Shown here: positions 21,401 to 32,778 of the stretch, piece after piece | Position numbering within the stretch: position 1 is the stretch's first letter | Layout: every line of letters begins with the position of its first letter | Assembly: GCA_903905735.1 (NCBI GenBank) | Contig: CAIVHU010000057.1 | Span: 14,002 to 78,001 of the forward strand | Direction of reading: 5' to 3' | Length of the DNA: 64,000 bases | From: an uncultured beta proteobacterium | GTDB lineage: Bacteria > Pseudomonadota > Gammaproteobacteria > Burkholderiales > Burkholderiaceae_C | Notes under the pieces: generated by a model | What the model was told of the DNA's origin: nothing | Database searches by the model: none | Seen by the model: only the letters and a program-made list of their open reading frames with translations | Position numbers and translations under genes: made by a program

Positions 21401-21518
21401 CGGTCTGATCGTCAGCCAGTTGCTCACGCTGTTCACCACGCCGGTGATCTATCTGGGCTTTGCATCGCTGGCAGAACGGCTGCGCGGCAAGCCATTGGCA
21501 CAAGCCGGGGCGGTATGA
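18423..21518 (+). CDS. mdtB: RND multidrug efflux permease (MdtB-like)
   Basis: 1031 aa. [16 protein letters not shown]-terminus, 12-TM AcrB architecture, [14 protein letters not shown] motif. Confidence 0.9.
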   Translation: MNPSRLFIERPVATSLLMLAIFLAGLLAYRLLPIAALPEVDYPTIQVTTLYPGASPDVMTSSVTAPLERQFGQMPGLAQMSSSSSGGASVITLRFELSLSLDVAEQEVQAAINAGSNLLPSDLPMPPVYSKVNPADAPIMTIAVTSPTLPVIRVHDLVESRLAQKISQVPGVGLVSIAGGRRPAVRIQANPTALAALGMSLDDVRSAIGAANVNQAKGSFDGPQRASTIDANDQLKSASEYAGLVIAYKNGNPVRLQDVAQLVDDAENLRLAAWADTTPAVILNVQRQPGANVIDTVDKVKAVLPALQASLPSSIDVRVLNDRTTTIRASVDDVEVELLLAIALVVAVIFVFLRSVPATVIPAVAVPLSLVGTFGVMYLAGFSINNLTLMALVISTGFVVDDAIVMIENISRFVEQGDTPMEAALKGSKQIGFTIISLTVSLIAVLIPLLFMGDVVGRLFHEFAITLAVSILISALVSLTLTPMMCARVLRHETEDSHGRLWRAVGHAFERTIAAYGRALDWVLDRKTATLMVFVLTLALTAGLYTIVPKGFFPVQDTGAIQAITEASQSTSFAAMAQHQQEMAALILKDPAVDSVSSFIGVDGANATLNAGRMLISLKPLRERGLSATEVARRIDPSTRNVPGMALYMQPVQDLSIEDRISKTQYQFTLSSPDIAELSRSTTALLDKLRQLPQLSDVTSDQQEQGLQAYINIDRNETGRLGVSVAAIDSALYDAFGQRLISTIFTQSNQYRVVLEVTPSLKIGPAALASIYVPGTNNVQVPLTSVAHVQVRTAPLAVNHVAQFPAATISFNLAPAASLGAAVDAIKAEEAALKLPLSVETSFQGAALAFQASLSSTLLLIVAAIITMYIVLGVLYESYIHPLTILSTLPSAGVGALLALLAFRLDLGIIAIIGIVLLIGIVKKNAIMMIDFALDAQRDEGLSPRAAIHQACLLRFRPILMTTMAALLGALPLMLGTGVGSELRHPLGVVMVGGLIVSQLLTLFTTPVIYLGFASLAERLRGKPLAQAGAV

Positions 21519-24500
21519 ATATCTCGCGGCCTTTCATTGCGCGCCCGGTGGGCACCGCACTGATCACGCTGGGCGTGGCGCTGGCGGGGGTCATCGCCTA
21601 TTTTCTGTTGCCAATTGCCTCGCTGCCGCAGGTCGAGTTTCCGACCATCTCGGTCTCGGCCTCGTTGCCCGGTGCCAGCCCGGAAACCATGGCTGCGACC
21701 GTGGCGACACCGCTGGAGCGGGCGCTGGGCAGCATTGCCGGAGTCAGTGAAATCACCTCGTCCTCGTCGCTGGGCAACACCCGGGTGACCTTGCAGTTTG
21801 ACCTCCATCGCGACATTGACGGTGCCGCGCGGGACGTACAGGCGGCCATCAACGCCGCGCGTGCCCTGCTGCCCACCGGCATGCCGAGTAACCCGACCTA
21901 CCGCAAGGTCAACCCGGCCGACGCGCCGATCATGATCATCGCGTTGACCTCGGACACTATGACACGCGGGCAGATGTATGACGCGGCCTCCACGGTGCTG
22001 GCCCAGCGCCTGTCGCAGGTGGACGGTATTGGCCAGGTGACGGTGGGTGGTAGCGCCTTGCCGGCGGTGCGCATCGAGTTGGACCCGAATCGCCTCGCCG
22101 CCAATGGCATCGCGCTGGAAAGCGTGCGCATGGCGGTGGTGGCCAGCAATGCCAACCGCCCCAAGGGCGCGGTGGAGGATGCGCAGAATTATTGGCAGTT
22201 GGGCACCAACGATCAGGCCGTGACAGCCGCAGACTACGCGCCGCTGATTTTGAGCTACCACAATGGCGCTGCGGTGCATCTGCGCGACGTGGCTGACGTG
22301 GCCGACTCGGTGCAAGACGTGCGCAATGCGGGCCTGTCCAACGGTGCCCCAGCGGTTTTGCTGATTCTCAACAAGGCCCCGGGTGCCAATGTCATCAAGG
22401 CGGTGGACGATGTGCGGGCGCTGTTGCCGCGGTTGCAGGCCTCGATTTCTCCGGCCATCAATGTCAGGGTGGTGATGGACCGCACGCCCACCATCCGCGC
22501 CTCGATCCGCGAGGTGGAGCGCACGCTGGCGATCGCCTTCGGCCTGGTGATCGTGGTGGTGTTTGCGTTTTTGCGCAATTTCCGCGCGGCGCTGTTGCCG
22601 GCGGTGGCGGTGCCCGTGTCGCTGGCGGGCACGTTTGGCGTGATGTATCTGCTGGGCTACAGCATTGACAACCTGTCGCTGATGGCCATGACCGTGGCCA
22701 CCGGGTTTGTGGTGGACGATGCGATTGTGGTGCTGGAGAACATTTCGCGGCACATCGAGCGCGGCATGGCACCCAAGGCCGCGGCGCTGCAGGGGGCGAA
22801 GGAAATTGGCTTCACGGTGGTGTCGATCAGCCTCTCGTTGATTGCGGCGTTCATCCCGATTCTTGCCATGGGCGGCATCATCGGGCGGCTGTTCCGGGAA
22901 TTTGCGGTGGTGCTGTCGGTGTCGATCATGGTGTCGATGCTGGTGTCGCTGACCACCACGCCGATGATGGCCGCCACACTGCTGCGCCCCATCGGCCGGG
23001 ACAAAAGACCGGGTCGGCTGGCCAGGCTGATGACCTCGGCCGAGCGTTTTCTGGTGGGCGGCTATCGGCGCAGCCTGCGCTGGGTCTTGCGGCACCAGGC
23101 GCTGACCTTGCTGGTACTGGGCGGGGTGATTGCGCTCAATGTCACGCTGTATGTCACCATCGCCAAAGGGTTTTTTCCGCAGCAGGACACGGGTCTGCTG
23201 ATTGGCAGCGTGCGGGCGGATCAAAGCAGCTCTTTTCAGGCGATGCAGGAGAAGCTGGTGGCGTTCAATGACATTGTGCGCAGCGACCCGGCGGTGGCCA
23301 GCGCCACCGGTTTCACGGGTGGCGGGCAGCGTAACACGGCGTTCATGTTCATTGCGCTCAAACCACTCGCCGAGCGCAAGATGGACATCAACAAGGTGAT
23401 GAACCGCCTGCGTGGTCGCCTGTCGCACCTGCCGGGTGCCAGCCTTTTTCTGGTGCCGGCGCAGGACATTCGGGTGGGTGGTCGGCAGTCCAACGCGACG
23501 TGGCAATACACCCTCAAAGCCGATGATCTGGAAACCTTACGTGCCTGGGAGCCGCGCATTCGTCAGGCCCTGTCCCAGTTGCCCGAGCTGGTCGATGTCA
23601 ACAGCGACCAGCAGGACAAAGGGCTGCAAACCTCGCTGGTGATTGACCGTGATGCCGTGGCGCGCCTGGGTTTGAGTGTGAATGCGCTCGACAGCACCCT
23701 CAACGATGCCTTTGGCCAGCGCCAGGTCGGTGTGATCTATAACCCGCTCAATCAGTATCGGGTGGTGATGGAAGTTGCACCCAAGTACCTGCAGAGCCCC
23801 GAGTCCCTGAAGAGCATGAACTTCACCGCACCTGGCGGTGCGCAGGTGCCGCTGTCTGCCGTGGCCAAAGTGACCACCACCAACACACCGCTGGCGGTTA
23901 ACCACCAAAGTGGCTCGCCAGCGACCACCGTCAGTTTCAACCTGGCACCGGGCGTGTCGCTGTCACAGGCGGTGGACGCCGTTGACAAGGCCATGGCCGG
24001 GCTGGGTGTGCCGGTCGCCGTGCACGGCAGCTTTCAGGGCACGGCGCAGGCGTTTCAATCCTCGCTGTCCACGCAGCCGCTGTTGATTCTGGCGGCCATC
24101 GTGACCATTTACATCGTGCTCGGCATGCTGTACGAGAGCCTGATCCACCCGGTGACGATCCTGTCGACACTACCGTCTGCCGGGGTTGGGGCACTGCTGG
24201 CGCTGATGTTGTTCAAGACCGAGTTCACCATCATTGCGTTGATCGGTGTGGTGTTGCTCATCGGCATCGTGAAGAAGAACGCCATCATGATGATCGACTT
24301 TGCGATCTCGGCACAACACGCCAGTGAACACAGGGGTGGCCGTCTGGGGGCAGGCGCGGCCATCTACCGGGCGGCGTCTTTGCGTCTGCGCCCGATCCTG
24401 ATGACCACCCTGGCAGCCATCTTTGGCGCGGTGCCATTGGCGCTGGGCAGTGGCGATGGTGCCGAGCTGCGCCAACCCCTGGGGATAGCGATTGTGGGCG

Positions 24501-24631
24501 GGCTGCTGCTGAGCCAGTTGCTGACGCTCTACACCACGCCGGTGGTCTTTGTCTGTATGGACCGGCTGCGCCGCAAACCCAAGCCAGTTTTTCCTGTGCG
24601 CCCTGTGTCCCTTGCCGGAGCCTTGACATGA
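21515..24631 (+). CDS. mdtC: RND multidrug efflux permease (MdtC-like)
   Basis: 1038 aa paralog of the preceding gene ([29 protein letters not shown]). There is a 4-nt start/stop overlap with mdtB. Confidence 0.9.
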   Translation: MNISRPFIARPVGTALITLGVALAGVIAYFLLPIASLPQVEFPTISVSASLPGASPETMAATVATPLERALGSIAGVSEITSSSSLGNTRVTLQFDLHRDIDGAARDVQAAINAARALLPTGMPSNPTYRKVNPADAPIMIIALTSDTMTRGQMYDAASTVLAQRLSQVDGIGQVTVGGSALPAVRIELDPNRLAANGIALESVRMAVVASNANRPKGAVEDAQNYWQLGTNDQAVTAADYAPLILSYHNGAAVHLRDVADVADSVQDVRNAGLSNGAPAVLLILNKAPGANVIKAVDDVRALLPRLQASISPAINVRVVMDRTPTIRASIREVERTLAIAFGLVIVVVFAFLRNFRAALLPAVAVPVSLAGTFGVMYLLGYSIDNLSLMAMTVATGFVVDDAIVVLENISRHIERGMAPKAAALQGAKEIGFTVVSISLSLIAAFIPILAMGGIIGRLFREFAVVLSVSIMVSMLVSLTTTPMMAATLLRPIGRDKRPGRLARLMTSAERFLVGGYRRSLRWVLRHQALTLLVLGGVIALNVTLYVTIAKGFFPQQDTGLLIGSVRADQSSSFQAMQEKLVAFNDIVRSDPAVASATGFTGGGQRNTAFMFIALKPLAERKMDINKVMNRLRGRLSHLPGASLFLVPAQDIRVGGRQSNATWQYTLKADDLETLRAWEPRIRQALSQLPELVDVNSDQQDKGLQTSLVIDRDAVARLGLSVNALDSTLNDAFGQRQVGVIYNPLNQYRVVMEVAPKYLQSPESLKSMNFTAPGGAQVPLSAVAKVTTTNTPLAVNHQSGSPATTVSFNLAPGVSLSQAVDAVDKAMAGLGVPVAVHGSFQGTAQAFQSSLSTQPLLILAAIVTIYIVLGMLYESLIHPVTILSTLPSAGVGALLALMLFKTEFTIIALIGVVLLIGIVKKNAIMMIDFAISAQHASEHRGGRLGAGAAIYRAASLRLRPILMTTLAAIFGAVPLALGSGDGAELRQPLGIAIVGGLLLSQLLTLYTTPVVFVCMDRLRRKPKPVFPVRPVSLAGALT

Positions 24632-26100
24632 ACATGCGATTTTTCAATCACCACGAGTTGGCCCTGAGCTGGCCTGAAACATCAGCCCGACTGAGGCCGG
24701 TAGCACGTGCACTGACCCTGCTGCTGCCCATCATGCTCGCGGCCTGTGCGACACAGTCGCCCAAGCCACCCGCCGCTGTGGCGGCACCGATGCAGTTCAA
24801 GGAGAACGGCATCTGGAAGCGCGCAGGTTCATTGCCCGGCACGGCCGAGGTGTCGGCGTCGTGGTGGCAGTTGTTTCATGATCCGGTGCTTGACGATTTG
24901 CAGGCCCAACTGCTCCAGGGGAATCAAAGCCTGAAAAGCGCCGCAGCCCAATTGCAGTCGGCCCAGGCCACTGTGCGGGCCAGTCAGCAAGCCCTGTGGC
25001 CAACGCTGTCGGTAGGGCTGAGTGGCACACGTTCTGGCGGGCCTGGATCGGCCAGTGGCGCCACCGGCAATTCGGTGTCGCTGGCTGGCAATGCGGCCTG
25101 GGAGCTCGACCTGTGGGGCCGCCTGGCACAGGCCGGCACGGTGGCTGGCGAGCGGGCACAGGCGAGCGCCGACGATCTGGCGGCAGCCCGGTTGTCAGCG
25201 CAGGCCACCTTGGCGCAGACATATTTTTCCATGCGTGCCACAGAAGCCCAGCAGGCTCTGCTGCAGCGCACTCAGGAAGCCGATCAAAAAATCCTCGAGA
25301 TGACGCAGGCGCGATACGCGTCCGGCGTGGCGGCCGAAAGCGATGTCCTGCAGGCCCAAACGCAGCTCAAGAGTGTGCAAGCGCAAGGTGATGAAGCTGC
25401 CTTGCAGCGCGCTTTGCTGGAACATGCCATCGCGGTGCTGTTGGGGCGCGTGCCCTCCGGGTTTTCAATCGCGCCCACCGGGCAATTGCCCGAGCCGCCG
25501 CCGGTGCCGACATTTTTGCCATCCACCTTGTTGGCGCGCCGCCCGGACATTGCCTCTGCCGAGCGCAACGTGGCAGCGGCCTATGCGCAGATCGGTGTCG
25601 CTGACGCGGCCTTTTTCCCCGATATTTCGCTCTCAGCCAGTGGAGCTTACCGAAATTCGGCACTGGGCGGCTTGCTGGCAGCACCCAATGCGCTTTGGTC
25701 CCTGGGGCCGTCCCTGGTGGCGACGGTGCTCGACGGTGGTGCGCGGCGGCTGGCCAGTGACCAGGCCCGTGCCAGCGCAGACCAGAGCGTGGCGACCTAC
25801 CGTCAGACCGTGTTGACGGCGGTGCAGGAGGTGGAAGACAACCTGATGACGGTGGATCAACTCGATCGCGAACTGCTGTCGCAGCGGGACGCGTTGCAGG
25901 CCGCCCGACGTAACCTGCAGATTACCCAGAGTCAGTACCAGGCGGGCACGGTGAGCTTCCTCAACGTCGCCAGTGTCCAGACAGCGGTGTTGGGGAGCGA
26001 GGCCAGTGTGCTGTCGCTGCGCAACAGACAGTTGGCCGCCATCAATCTGTTGCTGAAAAACGCGGGTGGACGCTGGGCTGTGCTTGCTCAAAAGAATTAG
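24628..26100 (+). CDS. Outer-membrane efflux lipoprotein (NodT/OprM family)
   Basis: Lipobox LAAC, WW..F.DP.L..L, two repeated OEP halves, and a 4-nt overlap with mdtC. Confidence 0.85.
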   Translation: MNMRFFNHHELALSWPETSARLRPVARALTLLLPIMLAACATQSPKPPAAVAAPMQFKENGIWKRAGSLPGTAEVSASWWQLFHDPVLDDLQAQLLQGNQSLKSAAAQLQSAQATVRASQQALWPTLSVGLSGTRSGGPGSASGATGNSVSLAGNAAWELDLWGRLAQAGTVAGERAQASADDLAAARLSAQATLAQTYFSMRATEAQQALLQRTQEADQKILEMTQARYASGVAAESDVLQAQTQLKSVQAQGDEAALQRALLEHAIAVLLGRVPSGFSIAPTGQLPEPPPVPTFLPSTLLARRPDIASAERNVAAAYAQIGVADAAFFPDISLSASGAYRNSALGGLLAAPNALWSLGPSLVATVLDGGARRLASDQARASADQSVATYRQTVLTAVQEVEDNLMTVDQLDRELLSQRDALQAARRNLQITQSQYQAGTVSFLNVASVQTAVLGSEASVLSLRNRQLAAINLLLKNAGGRWAVLAQKN

Positions 26101-26111
26101 GTATCAAATTG

Positions 26112-26152
26112 GCATTCAGCCCTTATTGATAAAGGGTAAGCAGCTACTATAA
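26112..26152 (-). repeat. Copy of short AT-rich dispersed repeat, reverse orientation
   Basis: gcattcagcccttattgataaagggtaagcagctactataa versus the reverse complement of the reference copy. Confidence 0.65.
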
Positions 26153-26341
26153 ATATAGTGAAAAGCGGTGACGCCCTGACGCCATCCGCCAGGGCCCCTT
26201 GGCAGGTTGCAGGCCTGAATCGTGGACATGTCGGCGCATTTCAGATGTAACGCATACCGAACTTCATTGCAATCGGTGTGCAACCTTGATACGGCAAACT
26301 TGGTTTCAAGTTATTTGATTCTCATGATCCAAATCATCCGT

Positions 26342-26884
26342 ATGCATACATTTTCGAGGCTGATGTTGGTGTCGATAGGCGTCTCTGCCTCGTTGTTGAT
26401 GGCGCCTGCACAGGCGCAATATGGTGGGGGCATGGGTGGCGGTCATGCCAGACGCGCTGCACCGGCAAGCACTTGCGACACACCCGCACCACCTGCTTTG
26501 CAAGGCCTGACCGCAGAACAATTGGATGACCGCCTGGAGGTATTGCAGCAAGACCTGAAGCTGACGGCCGCTCAGCAGCATGACTGGCAGGCGTTTGCGG
26601 TCGCGGTGCGCGCTTTGGGGGCCGATCCAGACCGTGCGGTCAGCCAGCAACATGACCTCCCGCCAGGCGGCTTTCCGCTTCAGGGCATGACGCATATTCG
26701 GCAAGCTGTCCAGGCAGCGAGAAGCCGTTTGGCCGGGTTGTTGCAAATCGAGGAGGCCACGCAGAGCCTGTTCAACACCCTGAATGACAACCAGAGGGTG
26801 GTGCTGGAGATGGGTGTGCCCAACGTGGTGGCACCACGGCCGGTCCAGCCGGGTACCAGTTTGCAGTCGTCGCGGGCCGGGTAG
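26342..26884 (+). CDS. Periplasmic LTXXQ-motif protein (Spy/CpxP family-like)
   Basis: Signal peptide MHTFSRLMLVSIGVSASLLMAPAQA and two LTxxQ motifs (LTAEQ, LTAAQQ). ATG at 26342 chosen within ORF 26222..26884. Confidence 0.65.
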   Translation: MHTFSRLMLVSIGVSASLLMAPAQAQYGGGMGGGHARRAAPASTCDTPAPPALQGLTAEQLDDRLEVLQQDLKLTAAQQHDWQAFAVAVRALGADPDRAVSQQHDLPPGGFPLQGMTHIRQAVQAARSRLAGLLQIEEATQSLFNTLNDNQRVVLEMGVPNVVAPRPVQPGTSLQSSRAG

Positions 26885-26962
26885 GCAGCGCACGAAGAGA
26901 ACTTTTTTGCGCATCATTCATCAAACACAAGGATGAAAATCATGGTTATCGCTGTCAAGAAC

Positions 26963-27403
26963 ATGATGAAAGCCAACACGGGTCTGTTGTTGTCCCTGCT
27001 GGTGGTGCTCAGCGCGGCGCCGCTGGCGGCGCAGGCTGACCGCGATTGGCATGGCGACATTTTGCGGTTTGATGCGCATGACATGCATCGCTGGCGTGGC
27101 GGGCACTGGATGCACGGTAACCACGGTGACCGGTTGGGCTGGTGGTGGGTGGTGGGTGGTCTGTGGTATTTCTACCCGGGACCGATTTACCCTTATCCGG
27201 ACCCCTATCGGCCACCGGTGATTGAAGAATCGCCGGCTCCGGTCGTGGTCGCCCCTCAGCCGACGGCGCCACCTGCGGCACAGCCCCAGGCACCGCAATA
27301 CTGGTATTACTGTGAACCGGCCAAAGCTTATTACCCGTATGCGCAGACCTGCCAGACACCCTGGAAAGCAGTGCCTGCCACACCCACCGGAGTTGTACGA
27401 TGA
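26963..27403 (+). CDS. Secreted Trp/Pro-rich hypothetical protein
   Basis: Signal peptide (LLLSLLVVLSAAPLAAQA), RWRGGHWMHGNHGDRLGWWWVVGGLWYFYP, and C-terminal YWYYCEPAKAYYPYAQTCQTPW motif. Alternative start at 26933. Confidence 0.6.
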   Translation: MMKANTGLLLSLLVVLSAAPLAAQADRDWHGDILRFDAHDMHRWRGGHWMHGNHGDRLGWWWVVGGLWYFYPGPIYPYPDPYRPPVIEESPAPVVVAPQPTAPPAAQPQAPQYWYYCEPAKAYYPYAQTCQTPWKAVPATPTGVVR

Positions 27404-27948
27404 ACGTCTTGAATTTCCCCCCACGGCCCTTGCTGCTTGCCTTGTCTGTGTCGCTCCTGGCGGGCTGTGCGGCCGTGCCAACAGGCCCCCGGGTTGCCGT
27501 CATGCCGCCTCCCGGAAAATCTTTTGAGCAGTTCCGGGCCGAAGACGGGATGTGTCGCAACTACGCCCAGCAGTCCACGGGCATGTCGCCGTCACAGGCC
27601 AGCGGTCAGGACATTGTTGGCTCGGCGGTGGTTGGTGGCCTGATTGGCGCGGCGGCTGGCGCGGCGATGGGCGGACGGCATAACCCGGTTGGGCAGACCG
27701 CCGGTTTTGGCGTGCTGGCCGGCACTGCCGTGGGTGTCTCGCAGGGCGGGCGAGATGCCAATGACCTGCAACGGCGTTACGACATTGCCTACGAGCAATG
27801 CATGTATGCCAAGGGCAACCAGTTGCCACAGGCTTATGGGGGGCAGCGCCGCACCATGATGGTCCCGGCGCCGCAGTACGCGCCAGCTTATACGGTGCCT
27901 CAACGCTATGCGCCGTCACCGTATTACCCGCCACCGCCACCCCAGTGA
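27400..27948 (+). CDS. Glycine-zipper lipoprotein
   Basis: Lipobox LLAGC, glycine zipper GSAVVGGLIGAAAGAAMGG, conserved YDIAYEQCMYAKGN. 4-nt overlap with the upstream gene. Confidence 0.7.
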   Translation: MNVLNFPPRPLLLALSVSLLAGCAAVPTGPRVAVMPPPGKSFEQFRAEDGMCRNYAQQSTGMSPSQASGQDIVGSAVVGGLIGAAAGAAMGGRHNPVGQTAGFGVLAGTAVGVSQGGRDANDLQRRYDIAYEQCMYAKGNQLPQAYGGQRRTMMVPAPQYAPAYTVPQRYAPSPYYPPPPPQ

Positions 27949-27981
27949 GGGTCGGATGGCCGCTGGCGTCAGGCGTTCGGC

Positions 27982-28836
<855 letters not shown>

Positions 28837-28837
28837 T

Positions 28838-28866
28838 TACGCAGGCAGCGCAAGGGCTAGAGGCCT
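28838..28866 (+). repeat. Partial copy of short AT-rich dispersed repeat
   Basis: tacgcaggcagcgcaagggctagaggcct retains the AGCGC ... AAGGGCTAGAGGC part. Lies between panB and panC. Confidence 0.5.
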
Positions 28867-28941
28867 ATTTTCTTAAAATGACGGGTGAAAGACTGATGCC
28901 TGGCGCAGGCCGGTAACCGGCTTTTCGACTGGTCTGAGCGG

Positions 28942-29841
28942 CTACCAGGCGTGCTGTGTGTTGTCCGGGAAACTGCCGCTTTTGACGGCCGCTACATACG
29001 CGGCCATGGCTTCCTTGATGCCGTGCTGGCCGGGGATGCCGGGCAGCGCCGCCATGAAGTTGCGCACAAATTTGGGCATCTTGCCCAGGTTCAGGCCCAA
29101 CATGTCGTGTAACACCAGCACCTGTCCAGCGGTGCCGTTGCCCGCGCCAATGCCGATGGTGGGGCAGTGCGGCAGTTCGGCGGTGAGCTCGGTGGATAGC
29201 GCCGCAGGCACCATCTCCAGTACCAGCAGGGCGGCCCCGGCATCTTGAAGTTCGTGGGCATGGCGTTTCATGATGGCAGCAGATTCGATGGTTTTGCCCT
29301 GCACCCGGTAGCCGCCCAGCGCATGCACGGTTTGCGGGGTCAGACCCAAGTGCCCACACACCGGGATGCCTCGGTCGACCAGAAAACGCACCGTGTCAGC
29401 GGTCCAGCCACCGCCTTCGAGCTTGACCATGTGGGCCCCGGCCTGCATCAGCACGGCAGCGCTGCGCAAGGCTTGTTCTTTGGACTCGTGGTAGGTGCCG
29501 TAGGGCAGGTCGCCAATGATCCAGGCGGTGCCTTGCACCCGGCGCACGCCGCGGGTGACGCTTTCCACGTGGTAACGCATGGTTTCCAGCGACACCCCTA
29601 CGGTGCTGGAGAGGCCCTGGCAGACCATGCCCAGCGAGTCGCCTACCAGGATGCACTCCACCCCGGCGGCATCAGCCACGGCGGCAAAGGTGGCATCGTA
29701 GGCGGTGAGCATGACGATTTTTTCACCGCGCGCGTGCATGTCCAGCAGGCGCGGCAGGCTCACCGGCTTGCGCGTGGCCGGGCTGCTGGCGGTGGGCAGG
29801 GTGCCGTAGGGGGTGGCGTTCTGGGCGGCAGGCTGGGTCAT
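28942..29841 (-). CDS. panB: 3-methyl-2-oxobutanoate hydroxymethyltransferase
   Basis: [34 protein letters not shown]. Confidence 0.95.
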   Translation of the reverse strand: MTQPAAQNATPYGTLPTASSPATRKPVSLPRLLDMHARGEKIVMLTAYDATFAAVADAAGVECILVGDSLGMVCQGLSSTVGVSLETMRYHVESVTRGVRRVQGTAWIIGDLPYGTYHESKEQALRSAAVLMQAGAHMVKLEGGGWTADTVRFLVDRGIPVCGHLGLTPQTVHALGGYRVQGKTIESAAIMKRHAHELQDAGAALLVLEMVPAALSTELTAELPHCPTIGIGAGNGTAGQVLVLHDMLGLNLGKMPKFVRNFMAALPGIPGQHGIKEAMAAYVAAVKSGSFPDNTQHAW

Positions 29842-29899
29842 GAGGGTTTCTCCCCAAAAAAAGTGGCGCGAGTCTAACCCACACGCAGGGCATGGAAGC

Positions 29900-31504
29900 T
29901 TACGTTTGAGGGCTCAGAATGGTGGGTAGCGCCTCGGGCAACAGGTCAGGGTAATCGCGGCTGAAATGCAGGCCGCGGCTCTCATGGCGTGCCTGGGCGC
30001 TGCGCACAATCAGGTCGGCCACCATCACTAGGTTGCGCAGCTCCAGCAGGTCGCGCGTGACGTGAAAGTGCGCGTAAAACTCCTGGATTTCGTCTTGCAA
30101 CAAGGCAATGCGGTGCGCCGCGCGCTCCAGCCGTTTGTTGGTGCGCACGATGCCCACGTAGTCCCACATGAAGCGGCGCAGTTCGTCCCAGTTGTGCGAG
30201 ATCACCACCGTCTCGTCCGCGTCAATCACCCGGCTCTCGTCCCAGGCGGGTAGCGCGACGGCGTGCACCTGCGCGGCCTGGGCAATGTCGGTGGTGGTGG
30301 CTTGGGCAAACACCATGCATTCCACCAGCGAGTTGCTGGCCAGCCGGTTGGCCCCGTGCAGGCCGCTGCAGGCGGTTTCACCAATGGCGTACAGACCCGT
30401 GATGTCGGTGCGGCCATGCAGGTCAGCCAGCACGCCGCCACAGGTGTAATGCGCGGCGGGCACCACCGGGATGGGCTGCTTGCTGATGTCGATGCCGAGC
30501 TCCAGGCAGCGTGCGTAAATGTTGGGGAAGTGTTCCAACAAAAAGGTCTTGGGCTGGTGCGAGATGTCGAGATAGACGCAGTCAAAGCCGCCCTTTTTCA
30601 TCTCGAAGTCAATGGCACGCGCCACCACGTCGCGTGGTGCCAGTTCCAGCCTCGGGTCGTGGTTGGGCATGAAACGCGTGCCGTCAGGCAGCAGCAGGCG
30701 GCCGCCTTCACCACGCACCGCCTCGCTGATCAAGAACGACTTGGCATGCGGGTGGTACAGGCAGGTGGGGTGAAACTGGATGAACTCCATGTTTTGCACC
30801 CGGCAACCGGCGCGCCAGGCGGCGGCAATGCCGTCACCGGTGGCGGTGTCGGGGTTGGTGGTGTACAGATACACCTTGCCCGCGCCGCCGGTGGCCAGAA
30901 TGGTTTGCGGGGCCTCGAAGGTGATGACCTCGTCGGTGTCGCTGTCCAGCGCGTACAGGCCCAGGCAGCGTTTGTCGGCCAGCCCCAGCTTCTCGGAGGT
31001 GATCAGGTCGACCAGCGTGTGCTGCTCAAACAGGGTGATGTTGGGGGCTTTTTTGACCGCCTGGATCAGCGTGCTTTGCACCGCTGCGCCGGTGGCATCG
31101 GTGACGTGCACGATGCGCCGCGCGCTGTGGCCACCTTCGCGCGTGAGGTGCAGGTGGCCGTGTTCTTCAGAAAACGGCACACCCATGGTTTGTAGCCAGG
31201 CAATCGCCTTGGGGGCGTTTTCCACCACAAAACGCGTCGCGTCCAGGTCACACAGTCCGGCACCGGCAATCTGCGTGTCGTGGATGTGGGCCTCAAATGA
31301 ATCGTCTTTGTTCCAGACGGCGGCGATACCGCCTTGCGCCCAGCCGCTGGAGCCTTCCATGACGGCGCGTTTGGTGATGACGGCCACTTTTTTATCGGGG
31401 GCCAGCAGCAGCGCTGCGCTCAAACCGGCGAGGCCACTGCCGACGATCAGCACATCAAAAACCAGCGGTGGGCGAGGGGCAGCGGGGGAGGGGCGTGGGT
31501 TCAT
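29900..31504 (-). CDS. nadB: L-aspartate oxidase
   Basis: FAD fold [54 protein letters not shown]. Confidence 0.95.
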   Translation of the reverse strand: MNPRPSPAAPRPPLVFDVLIVGSGLAGLSAALLLAPDKKVAVITKRAVMEGSSGWAQGGIAAVWNKDDSFEAHIHDTQIAGAGLCDLDATRFVVENAPKAIAWLQTMGVPFSEEHGHLHLTREGGHSARRIVHVTDATGAAVQSTLIQAVKKAPNITLFEQHTLVDLITSEKLGLADKRCLGLYALDSDTDEVITFEAPQTILATGGAGKVYLYTTNPDTATGDGIAAAWRAGCRVQNMEFIQFHPTCLYHPHAKSFLISEAVRGEGGRLLLPDGTRFMPNHDPRLELAPRDVVARAIDFEMKKGGFDCVYLDISHQPKTFLLEHFPNIYARCLELGIDISKQPIPVVPAAHYTCGGVLADLHGRTDITGLYAIGETACSGLHGANRLASNSLVECMVFAQATTTDIAQAAQVHAVALPAWDESRVIDADETVVISHNWDELRRFMWDYVGIVRTNKRLERAAHRIALLQDEIQEFYAHFHVTRDLLELRNLVMVADLIVRSAQARHESRGLHFSRDYPDLLPEALPTILSPQT

Positions 31505-31521
31505 AGTGGGGCAGTCCAGGT

Positions 31522-32367
31522 TCAGGATGGGGTGTAGGCCAGGCGCACATAAATCGGTGCAAAAGCTTCGGCCTGGGTGATGTCAATGAGCGTTTCTTTG
31601 GCGAGTTCGAGCAGGGCGATGAAGGTCACCACCAGCACGGGTGCACCTTTTTCAGGGTTGAACAGGGCTTCGAACTCGACAAACCGGTGGCCTTGCAGGC
31701 GCTTGAGCACCAGGCTCATGTGTTCGCGCACGGAGAGTTCTTCGCGGGTGATCTTGTGGTGCTGCACCAGTTTGGCCCGCTGCAGGATGGCAGCCCAGGC
31801 TTCCTGCAGCTCGCTGATGCTGACATCGGCAAAACGTGTCTGCACCGATTGTTCGATGTACGCCTGCGCCACCAGAAAATCGCGGCCCAATTGGGGCACG
31901 GCGTTGAGGCGGGCTGCAGCCAGCTTGATCTGTTCGTATTCCAGCAGGCGACGCACCAACTCGGCACGGGGGTCTTCAGCCTCTTGACCCTGTGCCACGT
32001 GTTTGGGTGGCAGCAGCATGCGCGATTTGATCTCGATCAGCATGGCCGCCATCAGCAGGTATTCGGCGGCCAGCTCCAGATTGCGCTGGCGGATTTCTTC
32101 GACATAACTCATGTACTGGCGCGTCAGGCCCGCCATGGGAATGTCGAGGATGTTGAAGTTTTGCCGGCGGATCAGGTACAGCAGCAGGTCCAGCGGGCCT
32201 TCAAAAGCCTCCAGAAAGACCTCTAGCGCGTCGGGCGGGATGTACAAGTCGGTGGGCAAGGCAAACAGCGGTTCACCATACAGCCGCGCCACCGCCACTT
32301 GATCGACCACCGTCGGCATCCCGGACGTGATCGTCAACCCTGAATTGTCCGGCGCTGCCGATGCCAC
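31522..32367 (-). CDS. scpA: Segregation and condensation protein A
   Basis: [31 protein letters not shown]. Start uncertain (GTG at 32367 or ATG at 32319). Confidence 0.85.
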   Translation of the reverse strand: MASAAPDNSGLTITSGMPTVVDQVAVARLYGEPLFALPTDLYIPPDALEVFLEAFEGPLDLLLYLIRRQNFNILDIPMAGLTRQYMSYVEEIRQRNLELAAEYLLMAAMLIEIKSRMLLPPKHVAQGQEAEDPRAELVRRLLEYEQIKLAAARLNAVPQLGRDFLVAQAYIEQSVQTRFADVSISELQEAWAAILQRAKLVQHHKITREELSVREHMSLVLKRLQGHRFVEFEALFNPEKGAPVLVVTFIALLELAKETLIDITQAEAFAPIYVRLAYTPS

Positions 32368-32395
32368 GATTGCTCGGTCTAAATGCGATTGATTA

Positions 32396-32432
32396 AATAG
32401 CTGTCAGCGCTTAATTTATAAGGGCTAGAAGC
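32396..32432 (+). repeat. Reference copy of short AT-rich dispersed repeat
   Basis: aatagctgtcagcgcttaatttataagggctagaagc. Intergenic, between scpA and the DUF3460 gene. Confidence 0.75.
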
Positions 32433-32443
32433 ACAAAAGCCTC

Positions 32444-32650
32444 TTATTCGCCAGCGCTCTGATAGACGTAAGGCTGCTGTGCTACCTCGGCGGCGCGGAA
32501 CTCGCTCCAGGCGGCGCGGTCCACCGTTTTGTCCCACAACAGGCTGCGGCCCTGGCGCTGGCGCTCCTCCATGCCCGGGTTCTTGGCCTTGAGTTCCTTG
32601 ATGAACTGGGTGATCTCGGATTCGTATTTGGGACGGTAAAAAATATTCAT
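32444..32650 (-). CDS. DUF3460-like small protein
   Basis: 68 aa with YESEITQFIKELKAKNPGMEERQRQGRSLLWDK, recognised as the DUF3460 pattern. Confidence 0.6.
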   Translation of the reverse strand: MNIFYRPKYESEITQFIKELKAKNPGMEERQRQGRSLLWDKTVDRAAWSEFRAAEVAQQPYVYQSAGE

Positions 32651-32778
32651 GGTGTGGGGCCTTGTTGGCGCATTTTAGCCGTGCTGTGGCGTCGTGCCGC
32701 GCTGGTCTGTCATCGCGCCTTTGCTACAGAGGCCGGGTGTAATATTCGTTCCTTCCAGTCCGACTTTGACACCCATCC

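Noticed and set aside
21449-23506. 685-aa ORF on the minus strand, and similar long antisense ORFs (42247..44016 +, 44235..45722 -, 52844..54085 -, 51465..52685 -, 61374..62501 -, 20457..21503 -)
   Set aside because: These are shadow ORFs opposite well-supported genes (mdtC, patatin, apbC, serS, ispH, thiQ/thiP, mdtB). Their translations are Arg/His/Gly/Gln-rich low-complexity strings typical of antisense frames in GC-rich DNA, with no recognisable motifs.
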